Shown in pieces: positions 30,168 to 41,042 of a DNA stretch of 64,000 bases. Every line of letters starts with the position of its first letter. Positions within the stretch are counted from its first letter, which is position 1. The notes under the pieces were generated by a model that was not told the origin of the DNA, made no database searches, and worked only from the letters and a program-made list of their open reading frames with translations. Source of the stretch: an uncultured delta proteobacterium. GTDB lineage: Bacteria > Desulfobacterota > Binatia > UBA9968. Made by a program: the position numbers and the translations under genes. Where the stretch lies: the NCBI GenBank assembly GCA_963737905.1, contig CAVTUQ010000012.1, positions 128,001 to 192,000 on the forward strand, written 5' to 3'.

Positions 30168-31774
30168 CCAGTAAAGTGTCTCTTTTCTACCAGCGGTAGC
30201 GAAATACTGCCGGCGCTTAGCAACTTGTCGTGAAACTCACGGAGATTGAAGCGCGATTCGAGGCGGATCTGCTCCCGGTCCCGCAACCGATTGATGATCG
30301 ACCAACCCAGGGCATAGCCCATCGGCCCGGAGGGCGATTGGCTGTACCAGTTCAAATCTGCGCAGGCTTGAGCGCGCGGGAAATGGAGTTCTCGGACCAT
30401 CAACTCCGCGGCCTCGTCATAGGTCATCCGGCCGGTCTGTGTTTTGACGTCGATGATGATGCGCAGCGCGCGCCAAAGCCGATCTTTGAGCATGACAAAC
30501 CGGTGCTCCTTGGTTTTTAGAAAACCTTGCTCCTGCATAAGCTGCTCACAATAGAGTGCCCAGCCTTCGTAGAACACAGAGGACTCGTTCATCAGCCGCG
30601 GCAAGGTGGAGGCTGCGGCGATCGAGTTGGCAACCGAAAACTGCAGGTGATGGCCGGGATAGCTTTCGTGGACCGAAGTATTCTCCAACCCTACCCAGTT
30701 GTGCTCCCTGAGCAAATCATCATCCGTTACCGGTGTAACATAGTAGTAGCCGACCTGATCGGGATCTTTCGGCGAGGGCGATAAATAAGCGGCGAAGGGA
30801 ATCTCATGGCGGCGAAACTCCGGTGTGTGGACGACGTGCAGCTCTTCTTTCGGCGGAAAAGAGACCAGATCCTTTTCTCTGACAAACTCGCGCGCGGATT
30901 CCATCGCTTTCTGGTAGGCGGAAAGGATTTGATCGATGGGCGGATGGTTGTCCTGGATCTTACGGGCGACCTCTTCGATGTTCTTCCCGGGCGCCAGTTC
31001 ATCCGCGAGAGCTGTGAGTTCTCGCTTCGTCTTGGCAAAAAGCTCTTCACCCAGAGCCAGGAGGCTCTGCGCATCATGATTCAGAAAATGTTTTTTCTTT
31101 AGCAGGAGATTGTAATGTTCCTCGCCGACCGCATAGACGCCTTGGCTCCGCGGCAAAAGCTCGTGCTCGAGAAAGTTCGCGTAGCGATTAATGGCGTGTT
31201 TTGCAGTATCCACCGCCGAGCGAAGCGCTACGGTGTCCCTAACTCCACTTTGAACTTTCGGATGGTCCGGCAGGCTATCGAGAAAGCTCACCCCGCCCTT
31301 GGCGCTCTCGATGGCCATCTCTGTCCAAAGGCGTGGTGGATTAGCATCGGGGCGGCTGAGATTAGCGATGCCTTGCTGGATCACAGCGGGCGTCCGGTTC
31401 AGCCGGTTCAATAGATTTCCAGCCAGATCGTTGGTTGAGCGCACCGTGAGAATATAGATTGCGTCCACTGGCAGATAAGTGTCGGGCCACTTCAGGCGGT
31501 AATCTTCTTTTGTGTGTTCATAGCGTTGAATGGTTAGACGACCCTCGAGCAGGGCGTAATCGATGACCTGATCTCTGTCGAGCTCTCTGACGCGAATTTG
31601 CTGGAGCGTTTTTAACGACTCTTCTACGAAGATTTTTTCGGCTCGATAGATCTCCTCGGAGTAGTCATTGAGCAGGTGATCGTAGCCTTCGATGCCATAG
31701 TAGATAGCCTCGCTGGGATGAAGCTCAAAATATTTTTTAAAGTAGTCAGTGCAGAAATCGGTGAAAGAAGACAT
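30164..31774 (-). CDS. DUF885 family protein
   Basis: HESYPGHHLQ, FYEGWALYCE, RALRIIID and FHDKLL..GS motifs. Confidence 0.92.
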   Translation of the reverse strand: MSSFTDFCTDYFKKYFELHPSEAIYYGIEGYDHLLNDYSEEIYRAEKIFVEESLKTLQQIRVRELDRDQVIDYALLEGRLTIQRYEHTKEDYRLKWPDTYLPVDAIYILTVRSTNDLAGNLLNRLNRTPAVIQQGIANLSRPDANPPRLWTEMAIESAKGGVSFLDSLPDHPKVQSGVRDTVALRSAVDTAKHAINRYANFLEHELLPRSQGVYAVGEEHYNLLLKKKHFLNHDAQSLLALGEELFAKTKRELTALADELAPGKNIEEVARKIQDNHPPIDQILSAYQKAMESAREFVREKDLVSFPPKEELHVVHTPEFRRHEIPFAAYLSPSPKDPDQVGYYYVTPVTDDDLLREHNWVGLENTSVHESYPGHHLQFSVANSIAAASTLPRLMNESSVFYEGWALYCEQLMQEQGFLKTKEHRFVMLKDRLWRALRIIIDVKTQTGRMTYDEAAELMVRELHFPRAQACADLNWYSQSPSGPMGYALGWSIINRLRDREQIRLESRFNLREFHDKLLSAGSISLPLVEKRHFTG

Positions 31775-31903
31775 TCCAATCCCTTATCACCTTAGCCCAC
31801 ATGCTTCAATTTTGGGGTGGAAGCCCTGAATCTGGTTTGTGCTTTCTGTAGATGCAGGATGATGCCACGCCACTTCCGTCAGGTGAAACCGCAATCTGAG
31901 GCG

Positions 31904-33334
31904 CTACGCGTAAATTTGTCGTCTTAGGTATTGGCCGACCGAAGCATCGGTAACTTTGGCCCGGGGTTCGCCCTCTGGCCATTCCATGACGATATGGCCC
32001 CGAACCAGGGTCATGACCGGCCAACCGGTTACTTCCCAACCTTCATATACCGACCAGGGTGTTACGGTGTGGAGAAGATCTTTCGTGATCTTGGCCCGCC
32101 GTTTCAAATCGACGACGATCAAATCTGCGTCGGCTCCCGGGACGATCGCTCCCTTTTTTGGATAGAGACCGAAAATCCGCGCGGGATTTTCGCTCGCGAC
32201 CTCCGCCAACCGTTCGATGGATATTCGTCCCTTGTTCACTCCCTCGCTCAACATCATCGGCAGCATTCCCTCGACGCGGGAAGGAAAGCCGCTGATTGTC
32301 GTCCAGACATTCCCGGTCTCCATCGACTCACGGGTTCTGGTGTGGGCGACATGGTCGCTGCCGATGCAGTCGATGGCGCCGGAAGCAAGCGCTTGCCAAA
32401 GCGTCTGATGCGTCGAGCGATCGCGCAGCGGCACGTTGATTTTCCAGGCGTCTTTGTGCAGCACGAGGTAGTGCGTGCCGATTTCGCTGTACACCGTCAA
32501 ACCTTCAGCCTTGGCCTTTTCAATTTCCGCGATAGTTTCCTTGGTCGTCACATGGACGATGTAAATCGGACAACCTGCAACTCGGGCATAGTAGAGATAG
32601 GTCCTGGCGTGTCCGGCTTCGGTGAATGCCGGCGAGCGATCATCCCACGCGCCCATGTCGGTACGGCCCGCATCCACCAGACGTTGCTGCAGGACGCGGG
32701 CAATCTCCCAGTTCTCGCAGTGGAGCAGAGCAATCGCCGGTGTACCTAGCTTGGCTACGGATTCGAAAGTGGCGTAAATGCTGCCGTCGTCAAAGGCGTA
32801 GGCGGGCCACGAAGATTTCCAGGGTCCCTGCATCTGCAAATGCAATTTGAAAGACGTGATTCCATGCTCTCTCGCCAAGTACGGGATCTCTCCGACATGC
32901 TCGTCGGTGCCGAGGATGGGCGTCAGGAAAAAATCGATCGCCGCGCTGCGCGACGCCTCATAGTATAGCGGCATGGATTTGGTGAACGACGGAATATCCG
33001 CCGGGCCTTTGACCTTGTCTGCCCCGCCCGTAATCGCGAGACTCACGAGCTGCATGCCCCAGGTCGTCACTCCCGTGGCCGCCGCCGCTCTGGTCTCGGT
33101 TTGGAAATCATCGGCCAGCGGGCGATGGCTCCCTAGGTGGCATTCGGGGTCGATTGCGCCAGGAAGGAGATATTTGCCGGCGAGGTCGATCTGGCGATCC
33201 GCGGCGGGTAAAAAGCCGTCGCTTCCGACAGCCGCGATCTTACCGTCGAGGATCGCGACGCCGCCTTCGATCGTGCCGCCGGGCGTGACAATCAAGCCAT
33301 TTCTAAAAACGAGGTCCGCCGCTTTGTTGGCCAT
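31904..33334 (-). CDS. dihydroorotase/allantoinase/hydantoinase family amidohydrolase
   Basis: LPGAID, LHCEN, VHVT, GSDH and NPARIFGLYPKKGAIVPGADAD. Confidence 0.9.
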   Translation of the reverse strand: MANKAADLVFRNGLIVTPGGTIEGGVAILDGKIAAVGSDGFLPAADRQIDLAGKYLLPGAIDPECHLGSHRPLADDFQTETRAAAATGVTTWGMQLVSLAITGGADKVKGPADIPSFTKSMPLYYEASRSAAIDFFLTPILGTDEHVGEIPYLAREHGITSFKLHLQMQGPWKSSWPAYAFDDGSIYATFESVAKLGTPAIALLHCENWEIARVLQQRLVDAGRTDMGAWDDRSPAFTEAGHARTYLYYARVAGCPIYIVHVTTKETIAEIEKAKAEGLTVYSEIGTHYLVLHKDAWKINVPLRDRSTHQTLWQALASGAIDCIGSDHVAHTRTRESMETGNVWTTISGFPSRVEGMLPMMLSEGVNKGRISIERLAEVASENPARIFGLYPKKGAIVPGADADLIVVDLKRRAKITKDLLHTVTPWSVYEGWEVTGWPVMTLVRGHIVMEWPEGEPRAKVTDASVGQYLRRQIYA

Positions 33335-33348
33335 GAGTGAATCTACCC

Positions 33349-34338
33349 TTATTTTCTTGCCTCAGCCAAGTAACTGAGGTCGATCATGCTGTCTATCGGT
33401 GGAGGCATTTTCTGCAGGCCAAATTCCTTCCAATTCTCTGCCACTCTGCGCGCCCCCTGCATGTCCACACCGCCATCCCGCGGTATGGTTTTTTGGGTTT
33501 TCATGTAAAGGGCGTAGGTTTTTTCCGCTTCTTCTTTGTCCGCCTTGGTACGTTCCGCCAGCGCGCGAACTGCTGCTTCTTTGTTTTTCGGTTCATAGAA
33601 GAACTCGCAGGCTCTCACGTAGGCGCGCAGGAACCGGACCACTAAGGCGTGATTTTTCTTCGCCCAGTCGCGGCGAACGCCGGTGATCGTATACTGAAAG
33701 TTATCCACGTAATCGGTCGAGAGTCCGAGAGAGCCGAAGCCCGACGCAAGGGCAATGAAATCCGAGGGCTGATTGATCAGTGCGCCTGCGACGCCCTCCT
33801 TTTGCACCGCCGCCAGGCGTTGCGGCGCGCCGCCAAGACCGATCATCTCATAATCATTGGGCGTGAGCCCGTTGGCAGCCAGCATGCGCGCGAGGATGTA
33901 ATTCAAGGGGTCCGTCGGACCCGTTACGGCCAGACGCTTCCCCTTCAAGTCGGCGTAGCTCTTAATCGACGGATGGACGATGAGAGTGTAGATGGGCACC
34001 GTGGAGTCTCCGCCAACGACGATGAGGTCAGCGCCTGCGGAGTTTGCCGCGAGCACGTTGACTAAATTCATCTGCGCAAATTCCGTGGAACCGGCAACGA
34101 GGGCCTGCGTGGTGGCGGTCGTATTACCACCGATCACCCTTTTGAAATCGATGCCCTCTTTTTGAAACAGCCCTTCCTGCTCGGCGATCAGAAATGGCCA
34201 GGTCGAAGCGGTGAGAACGATATTGCCGTAGTTGACCGGCGTGAGCTTGGGATTTTGTTGCGCTTGAGTTCGGGAGGCCGAGGTTAACAGCAGGAGCAGC
34301 GCAAACCCTAGGAAGTGGGCACGAGCAAAACGTATCAT
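33349..34338 (-). CDS. ABC transporter substrate-binding protein, NMT1/SsuA family
   Basis: Signal peptide, GLFQKEGID, DLKGKRLAV. Confidence 0.88.
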   Translation of the reverse strand: MIRFARAHFLGFALLLLLTSASRTQAQQNPKLTPVNYGNIVLTASTWPFLIAEQEGLFQKEGIDFKRVIGGNTTATTQALVAGSTEFAQMNLVNVLAANSAGADLIVVGGDSTVPIYTLIVHPSIKSYADLKGKRLAVTGPTDPLNYILARMLAANGLTPNDYEMIGLGGAPQRLAAVQKEGVAGALINQPSDFIALASGFGSLGLSTDYVDNFQYTITGVRRDWAKKNHALVVRFLRAYVRACEFFYEPKNKEAAVRALAERTKADKEEAEKTYALYMKTQKTIPRDGGVDMQGARRVAENWKEFGLQKMPPPIDSMIDLSYLAEARK

Positions 34339-34388
34339 TCGCCCTCCTCTGAGCGTCCGTTCATTTGCCTTAGCAAGTTTCCTGTCGT

Positions 34389-35381
34389 TCATTGCTTTAG
34401 CCCTTCCGCAAACCGTTCCTGTTTCAGCCGTTCAATGATCGAACCGTCGACAAACTCCTTCGGGTCGCGGCGCGGAGCGTCGGGATACTCCTTGCCGAAG
34501 TTTTCCAAAATCAGCCGAATGCCGTCGAGAGTAGGCGCGGGATAGTCGGGTATGAGGGACGAGACGAAGTCGAATTCGGTGGCGGCGAGCTTTGGGTCGG
34601 TGATTTTCATGTACTTGCTAATGATGCGCTCGGCGTCGGTGCGGTTGCGCTTCATGTAGACAATCGATTCAATCGCGCATTTGAGATAGCGGGTAGCGAC
34701 ATCCCGATGGCTGGCGAGCCAACCCTCATCGACAACCACCGAGGTCCAAGGGAAAGGAATTCCCATCTGCTGCGCAGTGGCCATTACGCGAAATCCCAAA
34801 GCGCGGGCCTGATCGGTAGCCGCGGCGCCGAGAAATGTATATTGAATTGTGCCGGCCTTGAGCGCCGCGACGCGGCTCGAATCGCCGCCCATCTGCAGCA
34901 TCTTCAAGTCTTTGTCGACATTCAAGCCGTTCTTCCGAAACAGATAGCGAAAGCCTTGGTCGGTGGACGAGCCGAAGCGCGAGATGCCAGCGAATTTTCC
35001 AGCGAGCTCCGGGATGCTTTTTATATCGGGGTTTGTAATGAGGTTCGAGGCTAACCAGGGCAGGGGATTTCCGAGGATCAAGAGTTTGACGCCCCTAAGC
35101 CGAGCCTCGATCGAAACCGGACCGCCGCCGGCCACCTGAACGCTGCCGCCGACCAGCGCGGCAATGTTCATGGAGCCACTGTTGATATAAAGCAGCTCGC
35201 CTTCCAGTCCGTGTTTGGCAAAGAATCCCTTCTCCTGCGCTACCCAAAGAAACGCCTGGGTTGCATTCACCGCGGAGTAGGAAATGCGCAAACGATCGGC
35301 CGCCGAAGTCTTCGTCGCTACGTTCAATGCAAGGCAAATAGCAACAGCAAAGGTCCCGATTCGACAAATACTGGTATGCAT
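34389..35381 (-). CDS. ABC transporter substrate-binding protein, NMT1/SsuA family
   Basis: GFFAKHGLE and GISRFGSST. Confidence 0.88.
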   Translation of the reverse strand: MHTSICRIGTFAVAICLALNVATKTSAADRLRISYSAVNATQAFLWVAQEKGFFAKHGLEGELLYINSGSMNIAALVGGSVQVAGGGPVSIEARLRGVKLLILGNPLPWLASNLITNPDIKSIPELAGKFAGISRFGSSTDQGFRYLFRKNGLNVDKDLKMLQMGGDSSRVAALKAGTIQYTFLGAAATDQARALGFRVMATAQQMGIPFPWTSVVVDEGWLASHRDVATRYLKCAIESIVYMKRNRTDAERIISKYMKITDPKLAATEFDFVSSLIPDYPAPTLDGIRLILENFGKEYPDAPRRDPKEFVDGSIIERLKQERFAEGLKQ

Positions 35382-35477
35382 ATTAACCGCCTGGATATAG
35401 CAGACCCGGTCTGTCGTCAAGGGTTTGTATTGCGAGTCGGTGCTGTTTTATAAGTCGACTATGGGAGGACGATCGCC

Positions 35478-35888
35478 ATGGCCAATCGCTGGTTATTCAA
35501 GACGGAGCCGTCCGTTTATTCGTTTCAACAACTACAAAAAGACAAGAAGACGATGTGGGATGGAGTGAAAAATAATCTCGCCCTAAAGAATCTCAAAGAC
35601 ATCAAGAAGGGCGATGAGATTCTCATCTATCATACCGGCGATGAAAAGGCGGCAGTGGGGATTGCGCGCGCTTTGGGTGGTGCCTATCCGGACCCGAGCC
35701 AGAAAAATCCGCGGATGTTGGTCGTCGACATCGAAGCAGTGAAGTCGTTGCCTAGGCCGGTGACCCTGGCGGAAGTGAAAGCCAACAAAAAACTAGCAAA
35801 TTTTGATCTGGTCCGATTATCGCGTCTTTCAATTATGAAGGTTAGCGACGAGCAATGGGACACGATGGAACGGATGGCGAAGCAGTGA
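35478..35888 (+). CDS. EVE domain protein
   Basis: WLFKTEP, WDGVKN, YHTG and RLSIMKV motifs. Confidence 0.93.
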   Translation: MANRWLFKTEPSVYSFQQLQKDKKTMWDGVKNNLALKNLKDIKKGDEILIYHTGDEKAAVGIARALGGAYPDPSQKNPRMLVVDIEAVKSLPRPVTLAEVKANKKLANFDLVRLSRLSIMKVSDEQWDTMERMAKQ

Positions 35889-35912
35889 GCTAAGGAAAAT
35901 AATAGCGGGTAT

Positions 35913-37121
35913 CTAAGCACTCTTCGTGCCCTTTTCAGGCTCCTGCTGGAACATTATATCGGCGTCTTGAGGCAAGACCCATTTTTTGAGGGGCCGTCCC
36001 TCGGCCAGAGCACGCAGCTCCCTTTCCCAGATCTTGCGGAAAAGAATAATGCCGATGTCGGAGCGGCCAAGATGTTCCTGCGCGCGATCTGCTACTGCAC
36101 CCTGCCCAACTTGCGCCACATAGTCCTGCGAATGCACCAGGGAGATCTTGTCCTTGAAGAAGCTATCCAGGTCCTGAAAACGTAACTTACCCGAGAGCAC
36201 TGCCTCGCCCATTTGCGCGACGGAAATTTTTGGCTCTGCAATCGAAGCGGCATGGCGGGCTCGGTATGTTTCCGCCGCTTGGCCGGTCAAAGGTAGTCGG
36301 CGCAGACGAAACTCTAAGGAGTGCTCATCGTCGAGGGGAACATCCCATTGCATACGGTCTTCCCATGGACACTCCGGTTCGGGGGATGGATTTCGAAAGG
36401 CGTAGGTGTTGGGCATGAAAAATTGAAAGACGTTCCTCCAGCCGGCGCTAAAGCTGGCGTAGGACGTCGTACCCCATGGGCTTTCTTCCTTGGAAATCTC
36501 AGGCAGACCGCTGCGGTTGTTGGCGGCGGAAGCCGAATAGGCGTCGCGGTGCACGAAGGGCACGTGATACGTGTCGCCGTTATTGTCGATACGCTGAAAA
36601 AAATTGCAGGGCCACACTTCGGTTGACAGAACTTCGAATACCCCTTCCTCCTCCATATGCGTATAGCGCGGAAAGGCGGGCGCGTGACCCTCCCCAAAGT
36701 AAGTGAAGATTAAGCCAAGATACTCCCGAGTCGGACAGTTCCTTATGCGAACCTTACTTGCGAAAGATTTCTCCTCCGCCGGTTGCTCTGTGCATTGACC
36801 CGAGCCGTCAAATAGCCAACCGTGATAGACGCAGCGGATGCAGTCGCCTTCGACCCAGCCGGCGGAAAGCTGCGTGCCGCGATGCGGGCAGCGAAAGCCG
36901 ACGACATGGGGTGTTCCGCTCTCGCCACGATACAGCGTAAATCGTTCGCTCATGATCTCGATAGGTTTGGCCTCGCCGGGACGGAGCTCTTCGGCGTGAT
37001 ATATGGGATGCCAAAACCTGCGCATGAACCTCCCGGCAAGAGTCCCAGGCCGGGTGGAGACGAGATCTTCGTAGCGAAGTTTTTTACGGCTACCGTTACT
37101 CTTACGTTTGGCCGGTGTCAC
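35913..37121 (-). CDS. Rieske non-heme iron oxygenase (phthalate 4,5-dioxygenase-like)
   Basis: CPHRG...CVYHGW, DTYHVPFVH and QD..AQVGQG. Confidence 0.92.
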   Translation of the reverse strand: MTPAKRKSNGSRKKLRYEDLVSTRPGTLAGRFMRRFWHPIYHAEELRPGEAKPIEIMSERFTLYRGESGTPHVVGFRCPHRGTQLSAGWVEGDCIRCVYHGWLFDGSGQCTEQPAEEKSFASKVRIRNCPTREYLGLIFTYFGEGHAPAFPRYTHMEEEGVFEVLSTEVWPCNFFQRIDNNGDTYHVPFVHRDAYSASAANNRSGLPEISKEESPWGTTSYASFSAGWRNVFQFFMPNTYAFRNPSPEPECPWEDRMQWDVPLDDEHSLEFRLRRLPLTGQAAETYRARHAASIAEPKISVAQMGEAVLSGKLRFQDLDSFFKDKISLVHSQDYVAQVGQGAVADRAQEHLGRSDIGIILFRKIWERELRALAEGRPLKKWVLPQDADIMFQQEPEKGTKSA

Positions 37122-37285
37122 AGAATTTTCTCCCGCGTTCTTTTAAAAGAGCCCGTCACTCATTTTATCGCGAAGATGAGTCGGCAAATCAACGGCTTGT
37201 CCGCCATCACAACAGAACCTCTTGTCTGAGTTTGCATTTGGTCCGGTCGGGGAACTATAGATGCGGTTGCTATATATAACATCCA

Positions 37286-38050
37286 ATGAAACTTTACGAC
37301 AAGGTCGCTCTGGTCACGGGGTCGGCAAGAGGCCTGGGGTGGGAGATGATACAGGCATTTGCGCAAGAAGGAGCGAAGGTCGCGATCTGCGATCTCTTGC
37401 AATCGGATGTGGACGCAGCCGCTGCGAGACTGGGATTGTCGCCCAATGAAGTCCTGGCTCTCGAAGCGGATGTGACTTCGGAACGGGATGTTAATGATCT
37501 TTTGAGCCGGACGCTGAAGAAATTCAAGCGCCTGGATATTTTGGTAAACAACGCCGGCTTCGCCTGGCCGCGCGGCGGACCGGTTAATCTCGAGCTTGCT
37601 GAGACGCCGTTGGAAATATGGCTCAAGATTCTCGATACCAATCTTACCGGAACGTTCTTGTGCAGTCGGGAAGCTCTCAAAATCATGCGGCCCCAGAGAG
37701 GCGGGTCGATCATCAATATTTCTTCGCCCCAGGGAAAAAAGGGGAAACTTCTCAGAGGTCCTTACTCTGCGGCCAAGTTCGGCGTCGAGGGATTGACGCA
37801 GGTGCTGGCGCTGGAGAATGCCGCCCACAACATCAAAGTGAATTGTCTCGATCCCGGAGGGATCGTCGCCACGGAGGCGATAAGAAACATTCCCGGCAAT
37901 CGCGGTATGAAAATGCTTAGCCCGGAAATCGTCCGGCCTTGCGCCGTTTATCTGGCTTCGGATGAGTCAAGCGGAATAACGGGTCGCTCCCTTGTCGCGA
38001 CTGACTGGAATAAGGAGCGCGGCCTTGAAGTTCCCTATACCGTGGCTTAA
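37286..38050 (+). CDS. SDR family oxidoreductase
   Basis: TGSARGLG, NNAG and YSAAK motifs. Confidence 0.93.
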   Translation: MKLYDKVALVTGSARGLGWEMIQAFAQEGAKVAICDLLQSDVDAAAARLGLSPNEVLALEADVTSERDVNDLLSRTLKKFKRLDILVNNAGFAWPRGGPVNLELAETPLEIWLKILDTNLTGTFLCSREALKIMRPQRGGSIINISSPQGKKGKLLRGPYSAAKFGVEGLTQVLALENAAHNIKVNCLDPGGIVATEAIRNIPGNRGMKMLSPEIVRPCAVYLASDESSGITGRSLVATDWNKERGLEVPYTVA

Positions 38051-38072
38051 CGGTGCCTATCGGGAGAAGTTT

Positions 38073-39059
38073 GTGCGACAAAAATCGGGACTGAAAATCT
38101 TTGCCTGTCTTCTATCCATCGTTGGCCTTTTTGCCGGCGCGGAAGCGAGAACCGTCCGCATAGCGGTGCCGACCCTCAGCATGGTCGTGATTGCCTTCAC
38201 GGCTGCCAAAGAGAAAGCTTATTACCGGGACGAGGGTTTGGATGTGGACCTGGTCGTGATGAGGGACACGCTGGGCATATCGGCATTGATTGGTGGGAAT
38301 GTGGATTTTGCTTCCATGAGCGGCGCTGGGCTGACCGCAATTCTCGGCGGTGTGCCCCTTCGTTTCGCCTTCAGCAGTTTTTATCGCCCGATGTTTTGGA
38401 TCTACGCCAAGCCGGAGATTCAGGATATCAAGACGCTCAAGGGAAAAAGGATTGGTGTGACGGGTCTTGGCAGTGGCCCGGATAATCTCCTGCGCGAGAC
38501 GCTCAAGAGAAATGGTATCGAAGGAGGCCGTGATGCCGTCATCCTGGCCCTGGGCTTGCCATCAACTGTCGCCACAGCGCTACGCACCGGAACCGTAGAT
38601 GCGGGAATGATTAGCCCGCCTTTTAACTTTATGGTGAAAGATGCGGGCTTTCGTGAGCTGGTCTCCTTCCTAAAGGAAGATTTTGTCGAGCTGCAGGGGA
38701 GCATTCTTGCGCATGAAAGACTCTTGCAATCTGATCCTGTCTTGGCCGAGAAATTTGTTCGGGCGACATTGAAAGGGTTGCGCTATGCCCGAGAAAACAA
38801 AGCGGGCACGATTCCGATTTTACTCCGCACCATGAAAATCAAAGAAGATCTCGCCGGGCAATACTACGATCAGGTGCGCACAATCATGACCACGGACGGC
38901 AGCGTGAACGCAGACATGCAGAAAAAATACCTCGACCAAGCGCTCAAAGTCCTGGCGCCCAAGGAGTCGCCGTCCGCGGAGAAGATTTTTAATAACTATT
39001 CCTTGGCGCGCAAGATCAATGCCGAGCTAGATTCCGCGGGGTGGAAGCCGGGAAGGTAA
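38073..39059 (+). CDS. ABC transporter substrate-binding protein, NMT1/SsuA family
   Basis: YYRDEGLDVDL and LKGKRIGVTGLGS. Confidence 0.88.
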   Translation: MRQKSGLKIFACLLSIVGLFAGAEARTVRIAVPTLSMVVIAFTAAKEKAYYRDEGLDVDLVVMRDTLGISALIGGNVDFASMSGAGLTAILGGVPLRFAFSSFYRPMFWIYAKPEIQDIKTLKGKRIGVTGLGSGPDNLLRETLKRNGIEGGRDAVILALGLPSTVATALRTGTVDAGMISPPFNFMVKDAGFRELVSFLKEDFVELQGSILAHERLLQSDPVLAEKFVRATLKGLRYARENKAGTIPILLRTMKIKEDLAGQYYDQVRTIMTTDGSVNADMQKKYLDQALKVLAPKESPSAEKIFNNYSLARKINAELDSAGWKPGR

Positions 39060-39311
39060 GGGACCTTCGACATCCGATCGATGTAGTTGCCCCGGTTTCG
39101 CGAACCGGTTAGCGCCTGGGTCTCAAGCGGATTCTTGGGGGGCAATGGGATGCTCCGCGGCGGGTGAGTTTCCTTCGGCATGACTCGTTTCGAAAATTGA
39201 TCGGCGACACGCGAGGCATACACAATGAACTCAAAAAATAGCCGGGCGGAAATGGAGCCGGTGGCAGCGGTAGGGGCAATTTGCCCAGTCTTCGCATCAT
39301 TCGGCCTGACG

Positions 39312-40709
39312 ATGGTCCGGAAGTTGAAATACGGGCTATATCGATCGTTGGTATTGGCGGCACTTCTAGTCGGGCTTTGCCAAGCGAGCCAGGCGCAAGA
39401 AGCGCTGAGTGCGGCACCTTCCACTACTTCTACGGGCGGCGCGGTCACCCTCTTTCAGGACGTCCGCATCTTCGACGGTAAGAGGGCGGCGCTCTCGGCT
39501 CCCTCCAATGTCCTGGTTAGAGGCAACACCATTGAGCGCATATCTGTGAACCCGATCACCGTCGACACGAATGCTAATGTCCGCGTCATCGCGGCAAACG
39601 GGCGCGTGCTGATGCCAGGCCTCATTGACGCGCATTGGCATGCGTTCATGGCGGCGACACCTCAGCCGCTCCTCATGACCGCTGACCCCTCCTACCTTCA
39701 TCACTTGGCCGCGCGACAGGCTGAGGCGACGCTGATGAGGGGTTTCACAACCGTGCGCGACCTGGGTGGTCCGGTGTTCGGGCTCAAGCGCGCCATTGAC
39801 GAAGGCGTCATGATCGGTCCGCGCATCTATCCCTCGGGCGCTTTCATCTCGCAAACCTCGGGACACGGAGACTTTCGGTTCTCCTTCGAGGTTCCGCGGA
39901 CGCTTGGCGGTCCGCTAAGCCACTCCGAGGTCGAGGGCGTCGCAGCCATTGCCGACAGCCCCGACGAGGTCCGGCTGCGAGCGAGGGAGCAGTTGAGAGG
40001 GGGCGCGAGTCAGATCAAGCTAATGGCCGGCGGCGGCGTTGCCTCCCCCTACAATCCGATCGAATCGACCCAGTACACCGAAGCGGAGATTCGTGCCGCG
40101 GTTGAGGCAGCCGAAAATTGGGGTACCTATGTGACCGTCCACGCGTATACGCCGCGTGCGATCCGGCAAGCTGTTGCCGCCGGCGTCAAGTGCATCGAAC
40201 ACGGTCAGTTAATCGACGAGCCCACCGCCAAGTTGCTGGCGGATAAAGGCATCTGGTGGAGCTTGCAGCCTTTTCTGGATGATGAAGACGCCTCTCCGCT
40301 AGTGAACCCGGTGTCCCAGAAGAAGGCACTGGAGGTGTTCGCCGGAACGGACAACGCCTACAAGTTAGCGAAGAAGTACAAGGTCAAGACGGCTTTCGGA
40401 ACCGACGCTCTGTTCGATGCAAGGGTTGCCAGCCGGCAGGGAGCGCAGCTCGCCAAGCTGGTCCGCTGGTACACGCCTGCCGAAGCGCTCAAGATGGCCA
40501 CCGCAGACAATGGCGAGTTGATGGCCCTCTCCGGGTTCATCAATCCCTATCCCGGCAAGCTTGGCGTCGTGGAAGAGGGCGCGCTCGCTGATTTGCTGCT
40601 AGTCGATGGCAATCCATTAGAAAATATCAAGCTCATCGAAGACCCTAACAAGAACTTTCCGGTGATTATGAAGGATGGCAGGATCTACAAAAATGCACTG
40701 CGCAAATGA
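39312..40709 (+). CDS. secreted amidohydrolase (prolidase-like subtype); start uncertain (39225 or 39312)
   Basis: MPGLIDAHWH, GFTTVRD.GG, HAY, IEHG, FGTD and GALADLLLVDGNP. Confidence 0.9.
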   Translation: MVRKLKYGLYRSLVLAALLVGLCQASQAQEALSAAPSTTSTGGAVTLFQDVRIFDGKRAALSAPSNVLVRGNTIERISVNPITVDTNANVRVIAANGRVLMPGLIDAHWHAFMAATPQPLLMTADPSYLHHLAARQAEATLMRGFTTVRDLGGPVFGLKRAIDEGVMIGPRIYPSGAFISQTSGHGDFRFSFEVPRTLGGPLSHSEVEGVAAIADSPDEVRLRAREQLRGGASQIKLMAGGGVASPYNPIESTQYTEAEIRAAVEAAENWGTYVTVHAYTPRAIRQAVAAGVKCIEHGQLIDEPTAKLLADKGIWWSLQPFLDDEDASPLVNPVSQKKALEVFAGTDNAYKLAKKYKVKTAFGTDALFDARVASRQGAQLAKLVRWYTPAEALKMATADNGELMALSGFINPYPGKLGVVEEGALADLLLVDGNPLENIKLIEDPNKNFPVIMKDGRIYKNALRK

Positions 40710-41042
40710 GGCCTTGTCCACAGGTGACTCGATTCCGACAAACAGATGCGTACAGAACTCACACGTTAATCCTCCAATTGAATTGATTCTCCTTTCGCTG
40801 AATTCCGCCAACGAATTTTTCAGTTCTCACCGCTGTCTCGCGTCCGCGTCCCAGTGTGTAGATACGCCATGGCTCTCCAAGAAAACTGATGATGGATTAA
40901 TCTTGAAGGAAACTGGCCTTATGGGATAACTTGGTGAGGTAGACGATTATAGACTCGCTGGAATGTGGAGCCTTTGCTGCGCCATCTAGAACTTGGATTA
41001 GCGATAAGAAATTGAATTGTTGATTGAAGGGATAATAAAGCC

